A stretch of 64,000 nt of DNA from Gemmatimonadaceae bacterium (lineage in GTDB: Bacteria > Gemmatimonadota > Gemmatimonadetes > Gemmatimonadales > Gemmatimonadaceae), in NCBI GenBank assembly GCA_046599115.1, contig JBKJHG010000142.1, forward strand, positions 7,853 to 71,852, in the 5' to 3' direction. Positions within the stretch are counted from its first letter, which is position 1. Each line of letters starts with the position of its first letter. This document shows positions 46,907 to 57,051 of the stretch, piece after piece. A model generated the notes under the pieces. It saw nothing but the letters and a program-made list of their open reading frames with translations. It was not told the origin of the DNA and made no database searches. The translations under genes were made by a program, and so were the position numbers.

Positions 46907-47914
46907 ATGTACTCCCCCGCGTGGTGGCTCCCCGAGGGCCACTCTCAAACACTTTGGGGAAAGCTCGCTCGGCCGCGAAGAACGCTTCCACTTCACCGCG
47001 AGGTGATCTCTACACCGGACGGGGACGAGGTCGAGCTCTGCTCATATGCCGGACCGCCAGGCGCTCCCCACCTGCTCCTGCTTCACGGACTGGAAGGCTC
47101 ACTGCGATCGCATTATTCGAATGGAATTCTCTCCGCAGCCGCGGATGCCGGATGGTCGGCGCACCTCATGCTCTTCCGTTCGTGCGGAGCTAACGTCAAC
47201 CTGACCCGGCGTTTCTATCATTCCGGTGAGACAAGTGATGCACGGCAGATTATCGGGAAGCTGGCAAGCGAATTCCCAGAATCAGATCTCTGTCTCGTAG
47301 GCGTGTCGCTCGGTGGCAACGTGCTGTTAAAGCTGCTTGGCGAAGATCCGGCCGCGATTCCCAAAAATGTCCGCGCCGCTGCTGCCATCTCGGTGCCATA
47401 CGACCTCGCGCGTTCCGCGGAGACGATCAGCCACGGATTCTCGCGTGTCTACCAGCGGTTCTTCCTCGGAACTCTCAAGGCGAAGCTGATCGAAAAACGA
47501 AAGGTATTTTCCGATCTCCCGGATGTTGACAAAATTGCCCGCCTGAAGACTATGGTTGCGTTCGACGATTTGGTCACCGCTCCGCTGCACGGCTTCGAGG
47601 ACGCGTCCGACTACTATAGGAAATCCAGTGCGCTCAGATTTCTAGGGGGCATTCGGCTGCCCACGCTGCTAGTCAGTGCGTATGACGACCCGTTCCTCCC
47701 TCGCGACATTCTCGAGAAAGTGTCGGTCGAAGCACGAAAGAATCCCGCGCTGCATATTGATTTTCACGAACGCGGGGGACACGTCGGATTCATTTCGGGG
47801 CGATTCCCCTGGACCGCTCGATACTATGCAGAGCAGCGTATTCTCGATTTCTTTGCATCCTATGCGCCACAACTGGATCGGATAGCCGAGGGTTCTAATG
47901 CTGAGTCGAAATAA
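46907..47914 (+). CDS. YheT-like alpha/beta hydrolase
   Basis: HSQTL, LHGLEGS, FYHSG.T.D, GVSLGGN, DDPF, GGHVGF. Confidence 0.9.
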   Translation: MYSPAWWLPEGHSQTLWGKLARPRRTLPLHREVISTPDGDEVELCSYAGPPGAPHLLLLHGLEGSLRSHYSNGILSAAADAGWSAHLMLFRSCGANVNLTRRFYHSGETSDARQIIGKLASEFPESDLCLVGVSLGGNVLLKLLGEDPAAIPKNVRAAAAISVPYDLARSAETISHGFSRVYQRFFLGTLKAKLIEKRKVFSDLPDVDKIARLKTMVAFDDLVTAPLHGFEDASDYYRKSSALRFLGGIRLPTLLVSAYDDPFLPRDILEKVSVEARKNPALHIDFHERGGHVGFISGRFPWTARYYAEQRILDFFASYAPQLDRIAEGSNAESK

Positions 47915-48788
47915 CGCCTGTCTTATGCTGTGTGCGCTCGGGCTCTACGCGTGTGCAAACGGGGGCGCAGGGACTCCGGCTGCCGCGACTTCTAGCATCG
48001 CATCGCCGGTCGCCGTTACAAATGGAGACGACCCGTCGCTCCCGGCGGATGCCGCGCACGTTGCAGCGCGCCTCGCTTCCTCTCCCCGCCACGGAGAGTG
48101 GGCGATGATTCGAACTCCGCAGGGAGACAGCGTAAAGTCCTGGGTGGTGTATCCCGAGCGGCCCGATCGCGCACCGGTTGTCATCGTCGTTCACGAAATT
48201 TACGGTCTCTCGACGTGGGCCCGAGGAGTGGCTGATCAGCTGGCATCTGACGGTTTCATCGCCATCGCCCCCGATCTGCTTACGATGTCAGCAGTGACGC
48301 GCACCGCCGACACCGTAACTACGCAAGATGCGACCAGTGCCATTCGCACATTGAATCCTGAAACGATTCAGCGGGAACTGGATGCGGTCGCAGCGTACGG
48401 AATGAATCTGCCCTCGGCTCAAAAGCGATATGGAATTGTTGGCTTCTGTTGGGGGGGAGGAATTTCATTCGCTCACGCTGCGCATTCTCCCAAGCTCGGC
48501 GCGTCCGTCGTTTACTACGGCGTCTCACCTACTGCAGGACAGTTGCGCGAAATTCGCGCGCCAGTGCTCGGATTGTATGCCGGAAGCGATGCGCGCGTCG
48601 ACGCGACCATACCGTCAGCAGATTCCATACTTCTGCCACTTGGGCGCACTTATGTCCACAACATATTCGACGGTGCGGGTCACGGATTCCTGCGCCAGCA
48701 ATCCGGAATGAGCGGCGCCAATACGGCCGCAACGCGCAAAGCGTGGCCCGCGACGATCGCGTGGTTTCAAAAGTATCTCCGGTCGTGA
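47898..48788 (+). CDS. dienelactone hydrolase family lipoprotein
   Basis: HEIYGL, APDL, GFCWGG, AGHGF. Confidence 0.92.
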   Translation: MLSRNNACLMLCALGLYACANGGAGTPAAATSSIASPVAVTNGDDPSLPADAAHVAARLASSPRHGEWAMIRTPQGDSVKSWVVYPERPDRAPVVIVVHEIYGLSTWARGVADQLASDGFIAIAPDLLTMSAVTRTADTVTTQDATSAIRTLNPETIQRELDAVAAYGMNLPSAQKRYGIVGFCWGGGISFAHAAHSPKLGASVVYYGVSPTAGQLREIRAPVLGLYAGSDARVDATIPSADSILLPLGRTYVHNIFDGAGHGFLRQQSGMSGANTAATRKAWPATIAWFQKYLRS

Positions 48789-49312
48789 CGCCTGTTCTTC
48801 CGTTCCTCCTCGTATTCACCGGCGGGCTGGCGATCGCCGTTTATACGATGCTTCACGGCGTAACCGCCGCACCAACTGCGCGCGCCCTTACGCGGATCGG
48901 GAAAATATCCGCTCCTTCGGTGGCTGCGTTCGCAGTTGTTTTCGGAGCAATCGGGTATCTCTGTATCTCACATTCGACGCTGAGCTATCCATTCGTTGCG
49001 CTGCTCTCGCTTTTGGGGGGGGCCGCAACGATACCACTCAGCGCTCCGCTGCTCGCGCGCGTTGCGCGAAAGCGAAATGATTCATCTTCCACCGAGGCAA
49101 CGATCGAAGGCCACCTGGCGCGAGTGATCTCGCCGGTCAGCGAGTCAGCAGCGGGGGAGATCGAATATCAGCAGGATGGCAGAGATGTCCGGCGGCGCGC
49201 GTTGAATCTCTTGACGGGGACGCTTGCGGCAGGCTGCGATGTGGTCATCGACAGAATCGACGCCGGCATCGCCTACGTCGAGGATTGGGACAGCGTGGAG
49301 AAGCGCCTCTAG
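48785..49312 (+). CDS. NfeD-like membrane protein
   Basis: Three TM helices followed by OB-like domain (G..ARVI.P....GEI...VVI..I..G.AYVE); GTGA overlap with the upstream stop. Confidence 0.65.
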   Translation: MTPVLPFLLVFTGGLAIAVYTMLHGVTAAPTARALTRIGKISAPSVAAFAVVFGAIGYLCISHSTLSYPFVALLSLLGGAATIPLSAPLLARVARKRNDSSSTEATIEGHLARVISPVSESAAGEIEYQQDGRDVRRRALNLLTGTLAAGCDVVIDRIDAGIAYVEDWDSVEKRL

Positions 49313-49608
49313 CGATTCGAGCCGTGGCCGGCCTGCACGAAGACGGAAAGCCATTCCGGCCAGTTGCCGCTCAGCTCGAAGAAGTCGTCGAAATACGCCA
49401 GGCCCCGCTCTTCCAAATCCGCCACGATTCGCGGTACGTCGTCCTCCGACGGAAGCGGCCCGATTGCAATCAGATCCCCTTCAAGGCGAAACTCTTCGTC
49501 GGTGAGATTGAACCGCGTGTCGATCTCCGGCCGCTGGAGTCCCGCCGCCTCGAAGGCGGCGCGCCGCACGAAGACCGTTGAGTTGGTTGCTGCTACTTTT
49601 AGTGGCAT
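49309..49608 (-). CDS. hypothetical protein
   Basis: 99-aa ORF with protein-like composition (GL.YFDDFF, W.EWL). Confidence 0.65.
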   Translation of the reverse strand: MPLKVAATNSTVFVRRAAFEAAGLQRPEIDTRFNLTDEEFRLEGDLIAIGPLPSEDDVPRIVADLEERGLAYFDDFFELSGNWPEWLSVFVQAGHGSNR

Positions 49609-49649
49609 GCACGAAGATATAGCGCCGGGCGCGGATTGCCGGAGGCTTG

Positions 49650-51563
49650 ATGATTGAGGCCACGTTCGACGTGATCGTCGTCGGCGCGGGACACGCCGGG
49701 ACGGAAGCGGCGGTTGCCGCCGCGCGGACCGGCGCTTCAGTCGCCATCATCACGAGCACTCTCGAAACGATTGGCCAGATGTCGTGCAATCCGGCAATTG
49801 GCGGGATCGCCAAGGGAACCGTCGTGCGCGAAGTGGACGCCCTCGGCGGAATTATGGGCCGCGCCACAGATCTGGCGATGATCCAATTCCGTATGCTGAA
49901 TCGCAGCAAAGGTCCCGCTGTATGGGCGCCGCGCGCCCAGTGCGATCGCGGCCTCTATCGCCGCGCCGTGAGGTCGCTGCTCGAGCAACAGGCGGGACTC
50001 ACCCCGGTCCAGGGCACGGTCTCCGGCCTCTTGTTCGATGAATGTCACGCCAGTGTCATCGGAGTCGCCACGCTCGAGGGACGGTCTTTCCACGCGAAGT
50101 CCGTTGTCATCACAACCGGCACCTTTTTGCGTGGAACGATTTTCATCGGCACTTCGACGAGTATTGCCGGTGGGCGGGCGGGCGAGAAGGCAACGACGCA
50201 CCTCGCCCGTCAGCTCGAGGAAGTGGGACTCACCGTGGATCGATTCAAGACGGGAACTCCTCCGAGAATCGACGGCCGTTCGGTGCATTTCGAAAAACTT
50301 GAGCGACAGGAAAGCGAGATCGCTGATTTCGATTACTCCTGGTCGCACTTCTGGCCTAGCCCGCGGGTGGCCGACGCTGGCACACGTCACCCGGCTCAAA
50401 TGCCCTGCTGGATCACCTTTCTCGAGGCAGCGGGAAAGGAAATCATCAGCGATCACGTTTCCGAGTCGGCGATGTACGGCGGCGTGATTTCCGCAAAGGG
50501 TCCGCGCTACTGTCCCTCTGTCGAGGACAAGGTTGTCCGGTTCCCGCTGGCCGAGCGACACCAGATTTTCCTTGAGCCCGAGGGTCACGACACTGCTGAG
50601 ATTTATGTGAACGGAATGTCCACGTCGCTTCCCGCAAACGTTCAGCTCGATGTGCTGCGCACGATTCCGGGACTCGACGATGTTCGAATGACGCGGGCCG
50701 GGTATGCAATCGAATATGACTATTATCCCCCGACGCAGCTCGACGCGACTCTTCGGGTGCGCGCCGTAGATGGCCTCTACCTCGCCGGCCAGATAAACGG
50801 GACCACCGGATATGAGGAAGCAGCCGGCCAGGGGGTGGTGGCTGGAATCAACGCCGGCCTCCGTGCAACGGGAAGGGAGCCCATCATCCTCGGGCGCGAG
50901 ACTTCATACCTCGGTGTTCTCATAGACGACCTCGTCACCAAGGGAGTCGATGAGCCATACCGTCTCTTCACGTCGCGATCGGAGTTTCGGCTCACCGTTC
51001 GCCAGGACAACGCACTTCAGCGGCTCGCGCCAACCGGGATCGAACTGGGCCTTCTTTCCGCGGATGAAGAAGCCGTCGCGGAACGCCGGCTCCGCGATCA
51101 GGGGGAGGCGATTCGTCTTGCGACTGAGACAAGCATCAGCGTTGGCGCCTCGGCTCACATTCTTCGAGATGCCGGAAGTAGTCAACTTCCCCATTCTATG
51201 AAGATCCGCGAGATCGCGCGGCGTCAGAATGTCGGACTCGCGCGCTGTTTCGCCGCCACCGGTGTCGGACAGGACCTCTCGCCCGATGCAGTCTTGACAG
51301 CGGAGCTCGAGCTCAAATACGCCGGATACTTCGACCGCGAGAGAATTCAGGCAGAGCGGATGAAAAAATTGGGAGGGTTCGCTCTCGATCCCGAGCTGCC
51401 GTATTCGGCGATGAAAAGTCTCTCACTTGAAGCCCGCCAGAAACTTGCGGACCTCAAGCCCGCAAACCTCGGTCAGGCTGCGCGAGTCTCGGGGGTGAGC
51501 CCGAGCGACCTCCAAAATCTCGTAATCGAAGTCGAGCGGAGAAGGGCCTCAGGCAGCCGCTGA
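49650..51563 (+). CDS. mnmG: tRNA uridine 5-carboxymethylaminomethyl modification enzyme
   Basis: [50 protein letters not shown]. Confidence 0.97.
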   Translation: MIEATFDVIVVGAGHAGTEAAVAAARTGASVAIITSTLETIGQMSCNPAIGGIAKGTVVREVDALGGIMGRATDLAMIQFRMLNRSKGPAVWAPRAQCDRGLYRRAVRSLLEQQAGLTPVQGTVSGLLFDECHASVIGVATLEGRSFHAKSVVITTGTFLRGTIFIGTSTSIAGGRAGEKATTHLARQLEEVGLTVDRFKTGTPPRIDGRSVHFEKLERQESEIADFDYSWSHFWPSPRVADAGTRHPAQMPCWITFLEAAGKEIISDHVSESAMYGGVISAKGPRYCPSVEDKVVRFPLAERHQIFLEPEGHDTAEIYVNGMSTSLPANVQLDVLRTIPGLDDVRMTRAGYAIEYDYYPPTQLDATLRVRAVDGLYLAGQINGTTGYEEAAGQGVVAGINAGLRATGREPIILGRETSYLGVLIDDLVTKGVDEPYRLFTSRSEFRLTVRQDNALQRLAPTGIELGLLSADEEAVAERRLRDQGEAIRLATETSISVGASAHILRDAGSSQLPHSMKIREIARRQNVGLARCFAATGVGQDLSPDAVLTAELELKYAGYFDRERIQAERMKKLGGFALDPELPYSAMKSLSLEARQKLADLKPANLGQAARVSGVSPSDLQNLVIEVERRRASGSR

Positions 51564-52451
51564 TGCGTCTCGCTTCGTGCTCGAGCTCCATTCGATCAGC
51601 ACCACGGCGAGAATGATCAGAACTCCACCCGCGACGGTCGCCATACGGAGTTGATCCTTTAGCACGAGCACTCCGAGCATCGCAGTAAAGAATGGCTCGA
51701 CTGTAGCGATTATCGCCGTTCGCACCGGCCCGAGCAGAGAGAGGCCGGCGATCAGCGCCGTGAACGCGATCCCGGTCGAAACCACCGCAAGCAGCGCAAT
51801 ATCGAGTCGCGCGGTGTTGCTCGCGGGAAAAGTCAGGCCGCCTTTGATCAGCGCTGCAACGAGAAAGAAAATCGCCGCCCCAATCACAAGGAAGAATGTC
51901 GCCGTCCTCGGCGGCACATCACGCTGAATCTTCCGCAAAACAGGGAGATATGCTGCGTAAAGGAACGAGGCGCCGAGGGCGAGTGCCACGCCTCTCCCCT
52001 TCAACGTTCCCGCTCCGGGCGCGCCGACCATGATCGTCACGCCGGCAAGCGCGAGAATCAAAGCCCCGACTCGCCATTTCGTCAGTCGCTCCGCTCCCGT
52101 TATCGCTGAAATCAGAGCGACCCAGGCTGGGTATGTATAGAAGAGAAAGGCCAACGTGGCGACTGATATGTATTCGAGCGCGCTCAAGCTTGTGAACGTG
52201 AGCAGCGCTTGGCCGCCACCCCCGAGCACGATGAGTCTGAGAGCGTGGGAACGCGGAGTCGCGAGAATCTCCTTCAGGGAGCCAGCGATCGCGACGACGA
52301 CTATCGCAAGCAGATACCTCCACGCCATCGCATCAATCAGCGACACGCCCTCTCGGCTCGCGAGCAGGGTCAAAACGGAGATCGCTCCGAAGCTCAGCGA
52401 CGAAATGATGATAAAAAGCGTCGCGCGCGCGATGCTACCGGATTTCAGCAT
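51549..52451 (-). CDS. DMT/EamA family transporter
   Basis: About 10 TM helices in two repeats; LFYTYP, EP motifs. Confidence 0.88.
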   Translation of the reverse strand: MLKSGSIARATLFIIISSLSFGAISVLTLLASREGVSLIDAMAWRYLLAIVVVAIAGSLKEILATPRSHALRLIVLGGGGQALLTFTSLSALEYISVATLAFLFYTYPAWVALISAITGAERLTKWRVGALILALAGVTIMVGAPGAGTLKGRGVALALGASFLYAAYLPVLRKIQRDVPPRTATFFLVIGAAIFFLVAALIKGGLTFPASNTARLDIALLAVVSTGIAFTALIAGLSLLGPVRTAIIATVEPFFTAMLGVLVLKDQLRMATVAGGVLIILAVVLIEWSSSTKRDASAAA

Positions 52452-52567
52452 GGCGGAATGTAGCGGAGGCCGCACGCGAGAGCCATTTTCGAACTCTCTC
52501 TTGCACGGGAAAACCGTGGCTGACCAATTGAACTTCTCGGGCGCGCCTTCCTACGAACACATTTGAC

Positions 52568-53548
52568 ATGACATCGTCCACCTACACCGAGCACGCTGTA
52601 ATGCGGCCCTCTGCCCAGGAGGATTTCAAGGATCTTGGCTTCGGCGCCGAAATCGCCCGCAGCAGCCGAAGAAGGCTTCTCAATCGGGATGGTACGTTCA
52701 ATGTTCTTCGCGAGGGGCTTGACCCGCTCGCATCGATCAGCTTCTACCACTGGGCGCTCACGATCTCGTGGCCAGTATTCCTCGCCGCCATTACCGGCCT
52801 ATATGTCGCGTTGAACGCGGTGTTCGCCGTAGCGTTTCTGCTATGTGGCCCGGACGCGCTCCACGCGACCTCTCCGCTCCCGCAGAGCTCGGCGTTCTTC
52901 CGCGCGTTTTTTTTCAGCGTTCAGTCATTCGCGACGATCGGGTACGGCCATATCGTGCCCGTCGGGCTGGCGGCTAATCTTCTCGTTACGCTCGAAGCGC
53001 TGATCAACATCGTCGGCGTCGCATTAGCCACCGGATTGGTGTTTGCTCGGTTTTCGCGACCGTCTGCGAAGATCATTTACAGCAACCAGGCGATCATCGC
53101 TCCTTATCGAAACGGAACCGCCCTTGAGTTTCGCATCGCGAATCTTCGCAACAGCCAGATTATCGAGATGGAGGCGAAGGTGATCTTGAGCCGGATCGAA
53201 ATCATCGAAGGGACGACGGCGAGAAAATTTTACGAACTCAGGCTCGAGCGAAGCCACGTGACGTTCTTCGCGCTCAGCTGGACAATCGTGCATCCGATTG
53301 ACGCCACCAGCCCGATGTTCGGATGGTCGGAGCGCGACCTCAACTCAGCCGACGCGGAGATTCTCATTCTGCTCACGGGAACCGATGAAACCTCGTCGAG
53401 CATCGTTCACTCCCGGTCTTCGTATAAGGCGGAGGAAATCGTTTGGAACGCAAAATTCAGTAACATCTTCATGCGGACCCGCGAAGGCGGGGTAATGGGT
53501 ATGAACCTGAGTAAAATCCACGATTTCGAGCGGCAGGGGCCAGTCTGA
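52568..53548 (+). CDS. inward-rectifier potassium channel (KirBac)
   Basis: FFFSVQSFATIGYG filter, FARFSRP, FRIAN.R, WTIVHPID..SP. Confidence 0.92.
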   Translation: MTSSTYTEHAVMRPSAQEDFKDLGFGAEIARSSRRRLLNRDGTFNVLREGLDPLASISFYHWALTISWPVFLAAITGLYVALNAVFAVAFLLCGPDALHATSPLPQSSAFFRAFFFSVQSFATIGYGHIVPVGLAANLLVTLEALINIVGVALATGLVFARFSRPSAKIIYSNQAIIAPYRNGTALEFRIANLRNSQIIEMEAKVILSRIEIIEGTTARKFYELRLERSHVTFFALSWTIVHPIDATSPMFGWSERDLNSADAEILILLTGTDETSSSIVHSRSSYKAEEIVWNAKFSNIFMRTREGGVMGMNLSKIHDFERQGPV

Positions 53549-53580
53549 CCCCGAAAAAAACTACCACAAGGGAAAGAACT

Positions 53581-54306
53581 ATGCGGAAATTAGTAGCGTT
53601 AATTGGCGTTTTTGCGATCAGTTCTGCGCCACTAATGGCTCAGAATGACGCCATTAGGGCAGAAATACCACAAATCTCGGTAATCGGACACGGGGAAGTG
53701 AAGATGTCGCCGGACCGGGCCAATGTTCAGATTAGCGTTCAATCACGCGCGACTACCGCCGCGGCAGCCGCAACGGATAATGCCAAGAAGCAGGCGGCTG
53801 TGATTGCATCAATCAAGGCGCTCGGTATCGGCGACGACCAAATTTCGACATCGAATTTCAACGTTTCGCCCGAGCAGAAGTATGAGGCCAACAAGCCGCC
53901 GACCATCACAGGATACGTAGTCACCAATACGGTCGTAGTCGAGGTCAGAAAGGTCTCACAGGTGGGACCGGTACTCGACGCTGCCTTGGGTCACGGCGCG
54001 AATCTCATCTCGGGCCTGTCCTTCTATTCATCCAATACCGAGACAGCAAGGCGTTCGGCTATTGCCTCTGCCGTCGCGAGTGCGCGAGGCGATGCTGAGG
54101 CAGCCGCGAGAGCGGCTGGCGGCACGCTCGGAACCCTTATTGAGATCGGCCTCGGATCCGCCTCTCCGCCACCGCCCAGACCGATGATGATGATGCGTGG
54201 AGTTGCGGCAGCGGAATCAATTCAGGCTGATACGCCCATTTCCCCGGGACAGGAAACGCTTACGGTGGACGTCTCGACACGCTGGAGATTCATTCCCGGC
54301 AATTAG
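53581..54306 (+). CDS. SIMPL (DUF541) domain protein
   Basis: Signal peptide, ISV.G.GEV..PD.A, GY..TN.V.V, GAN.I.G. Confidence 0.88.
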   Translation: MRKLVALIGVFAISSAPLMAQNDAIRAEIPQISVIGHGEVKMSPDRANVQISVQSRATTAAAAATDNAKKQAAVIASIKALGIGDDQISTSNFNVSPEQKYEANKPPTITGYVVTNTVVVEVRKVSQVGPVLDAALGHGANLISGLSFYSSNTETARRSAIASAVASARGDAEAAARAAGGTLGTLIEIGLGSASPPPPRPMMMMRGVAAAESIQADTPISPGQETLTVDVSTRWRFIPGN

Positions 54307-54316
54307 CCCAAGCGGG

Positions 54317-54332
54317 TGTTCCACGTGGAACA
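54317..54332. other. parS: parS centromere site 1
   Basis: Perfect palindrome TGTTCCACGTGGAACA upstream of parA. Confidence 0.93.
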
Positions 54333-54343
54333 ACGCCCAGGTC

Positions 54344-54359
54344 CGTTCCACGTGGAACA
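54344..54359. other. parS: parS centromere site 2
   Basis: CGTTCCACGTGGAACA, 27 bp after site 1. Confidence 0.9.
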
Positions 54360-54397
54360 CCGATGATTACATTCCCCTTCTCACTCGGGGGCCAGCT

Positions 54398-55195
54398 TTG
54401 GGACGTGTAATCGCGATTGCTAACCAGAAGGGCGGCGTCGGAAAGACGACGACATCGGTCAACCTTGCCGCCAGTCTGGCGGCGGCTGAAAAGAAGACTC
54501 TCCTGATCGATGGCGATCCCCAGGGCAACGCGACCAGCGGCGTTGGTATCGAGGTAGTGCACGGCGAGGCTTCACTCTACGAGGTGCTGATCAGCGGCGT
54601 TCCCGTACGCGAGGCGTTACGCAAGGGTGTGCAGTTCGCCCAACTGGATGTCATTCCAGCTACGCCGGACCTGGCCGGCGCCGAGGTAGAACTCGTCGAG
54701 CGGCCCGAAAGAGAATTTGCAATGCGCAGGGCTGTCGATGGAATCCGAGGCGAGTACGACTACATCCTGATCGACTGCCCTCCCTCCCTCGGGCTGATCA
54801 CAGTGAACATGCTGGCGGCGGCGGATGCTCTGATGATTCCGCTCCAGTGCGAGTACTACGCACTCGAAGGGCTGTCGCAGCTTCTCAACACCGTGCACCG
54901 CATCCAGCACAGCGTGAACGAAACGCTGATGATCGATGGTGTGCTGCTCACGATGTATGACGCACGACTGAACCTTTCACGCCAGGTTGCAGACGATGCG
55001 CGAGAGTATTTCGGTGATGGGGTCTTCGAAACGGTCATCCCTCGAAACGTGCGGCTCGCCGAGGCTCCAAGCTTTGGAAAGCCAATCATTCTCTACGACG
55101 TGAACTCCGCCGGTGCCCAGGCCTATATGGCGGTCGCATCTGAACTCATTCAGCGCACCAGCCCCGAATCTCGGAGAAAAGTCAATGGCCAGTGA
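54398..55195 (+). CDS. parA: chromosome partitioning ATPase ParA/Soj
   Basis: ANQKGGVGKTTT, D.DPQGNAT, IDCPPSLG, QCEYYALEG, IPRNVRLAEAPS; start at TTG 54398. Confidence 0.96.
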   Translation: MGRVIAIANQKGGVGKTTTSVNLAASLAAAEKKTLLIDGDPQGNATSGVGIEVVHGEASLYEVLISGVPVREALRKGVQFAQLDVIPATPDLAGAEVELVERPEREFAMRRAVDGIRGEYDYILIDCPPSLGLITVNMLAAADALMIPLQCEYYALEGLSQLLNTVHRIQHSVNETLMIDGVLLTMYDARLNLSRQVADDAREYFGDGVFETVIPRNVRLAEAPSFGKPIILYDVNSAGAQAYMAVASELIQRTSPESRRKVNGQ

Positions 55196-56087
55196 AAAGC
55201 CCACGAGGCGATTGGGTCGGGGGCTCGACGCCTTACTGCGCGGCGCGCCTGCAAGGGAGCCGGCGCCTGGTCACGGCCAGCCCGGCTTGCAGTCGCTGAA
55301 AATCGGCTCGATACGGAACAATCCCTATCAACCGCGAAAGCGCTTTGCCGCAAGTGATTTGAAAGAGTTGCAGGACAGTATCGCTGCGAACGGATTGCTC
55401 CAGCCGATCACGGTTCGAAAATCGCCGAAAGGCGAGGACTTCGAGCTTATCGCCGGCGAGCGGCGACTTCGCGCAACGACAAACCTCGGTTGGAGGGAAA
55501 TTCCTGCGATCGTCAAGGACGTCGATGATCAGGCGCTACTGACTTATGCCCTCGTTGAGAATCTGCAGCGAGCAGACCTGGACCCCATCGAGGAGGCGGA
55601 AGGATATCAGCAGTTGCTGAAGGAATTCGGATTGACTCAGCAAGGAGTTGCGGATCTCGTTGGGAAAGATCGCGCGACAGTGGCCAACTCGCTCAGGGTG
55701 CTCAATTTGCCCGCGGGTGTGCGAGAGATGTTGCGGGATGGAAAGCTCACGCTCGGCCACGCCAAACCCCTGCTCGGGCTCGACAAGCCTGAGAAAATGC
55801 TCGCACTGGCAAAGGAGATCGTTGCGCGCGGCCTAACGGTGCGTGACGTGGAGCGCCGGCTTCATTCGGAAGCTCCGCACCGTAGCCGACGTTCACGCCC
55901 CAAATCACCGTCAACGGGTTCGAACAGCGCGTCAGTGAAGGCGGCCGAAGGGCTGATCCGGCGCCGTCTCCAAACCGACGTCGAGCTCACGGCCAGGGAA
56001 GGTGGCGCCGGGTCGATCACCGTCCGATTCTACTCGAACGAAGACCTCGAGCGGATTCTGGAATTGATGGGGATTACCCTCGGGTAA
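55185..56087 (+). CDS. parB: chromosome partitioning protein ParB/Spo0J
   Basis: LGRGLDAL, NPYQPRK, GLLQPI, IAGERRLRA, ENLQR.DL, HTH GKDRATVAN. Confidence 0.96.
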   Translation: MASEKPTRRLGRGLDALLRGAPAREPAPGHGQPGLQSLKIGSIRNNPYQPRKRFAASDLKELQDSIAANGLLQPITVRKSPKGEDFELIAGERRLRATTNLGWREIPAIVKDVDDQALLTYALVENLQRADLDPIEEAEGYQQLLKEFGLTQQGVADLVGKDRATVANSLRVLNLPAGVREMLRDGKLTLGHAKPLLGLDKPEKMLALAKEIVARGLTVRDVERRLHSEAPHRSRRSRPKSPSTGSNSASVKAAEGLIRRRLQTDVELTAREGGAGSITVRFYSNEDLERILELMGITLG

Positions 56088-56178
56088 ACTTCTCCACGTG
56101 TGTTGTAATGTATTGTTGTTACATGGCTTACATAAAGGCAGACTGCACCAGTAGGTTCTTCACAATTCGCCCATCGTT

Positions 56179-56952
56179 ATGGCAAAGGCTCTTGAGATAG
56201 CGGCGTTCGCCGACGGCCTGCTTCGCACATCTGAGATTCAGGATTACCCGTATGCGCTCAACGGTCTGCAAGTTCAGAGCGACTCTGACGTCTGCAAGAT
56301 CGCCGCTGCAGTCGATTACTCCACTCGTACGGTAAGGGGGGCAATCGCCGTAGGCGCCAATCTAGTTGTGGTTCATCACGGAGCATTCTGGAGCGGGCTC
56401 GTTCCACTAACGGGGAAGCGGTTTGATCTCATTCGCGAGATCGTCACGCGCGATCTCGCGATCTACTCTTCCCACTTGCCGCTGGACTGCCATCCAAAGA
56501 TCGGGAATAACGTGCTCCTCGCAGAGAGGCTCGGTCTGACGCCGAGTGCCGGTTTCGGGACGGTCAATGGGATCAACATCGGCGTCGGAGGAGAATCCTC
56601 TCTCACAGTGGGTGCGCTGATCGCCGCGGCGGCGGCGTTCGCCGCAGAGAATGGCGGAGGCGTTCACGCAACGCCCAGCGCGAAAGACCGCTTGGTTGGA
56701 AGGTGGGGTCTCTGCAGCGGGTCAGGCGCTGACTCGAACACAATGCGCGAAGCCGCCGAGCGCGGAATTCAGACGCTCGTCGTCGGCGAGGGCCCGCACT
56801 GGACCGCAGTGCACGCAGAAGAAAACGAAATGGTTCTGATATACGCCGGCCACTATGCCACCGAGACCCTCGGTGTTCAGGCGCTCGCGTCAGTCATAGG
56901 GGACAAATTCGGCATTCCCTGGGAGTTCATTCCCGCGCCCACAGGCACTTGA
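56179..56952 (+). CDS. Nif3-like dinuclear metal centre protein (YbgI family)
   Basis: NGLQV, VHHG, HLPLD.HP..GNN, AGHYATET.GV. Confidence 0.92.
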   Translation: MAKALEIAAFADGLLRTSEIQDYPYALNGLQVQSDSDVCKIAAAVDYSTRTVRGAIAVGANLVVVHHGAFWSGLVPLTGKRFDLIREIVTRDLAIYSSHLPLDCHPKIGNNVLLAERLGLTPSAGFGTVNGINIGVGGESSLTVGALIAAAAAFAAENGGGVHATPSAKDRLVGRWGLCSGSGADSNTMREAAERGIQTLVVGEGPHWTAVHAEENEMVLIYAGHYATETLGVQALASVIGDKFGIPWEFIPAPTGT

Positions 56953-57051
56953 GAGCGCCGCCCGACTTCTACGTCACGATACGTATTCGTAACCAACCGA
57001 TGAGCGCGCATCGTACCGGGGGCACCACAACGCACATTCGGAGCGAATTAA

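Noticed and set aside
54317-54359. Repeated palindrome as a mini CRISPR array
   Set aside because: Only two 16-bp copies 11 nt apart, matches parS, no cas genes
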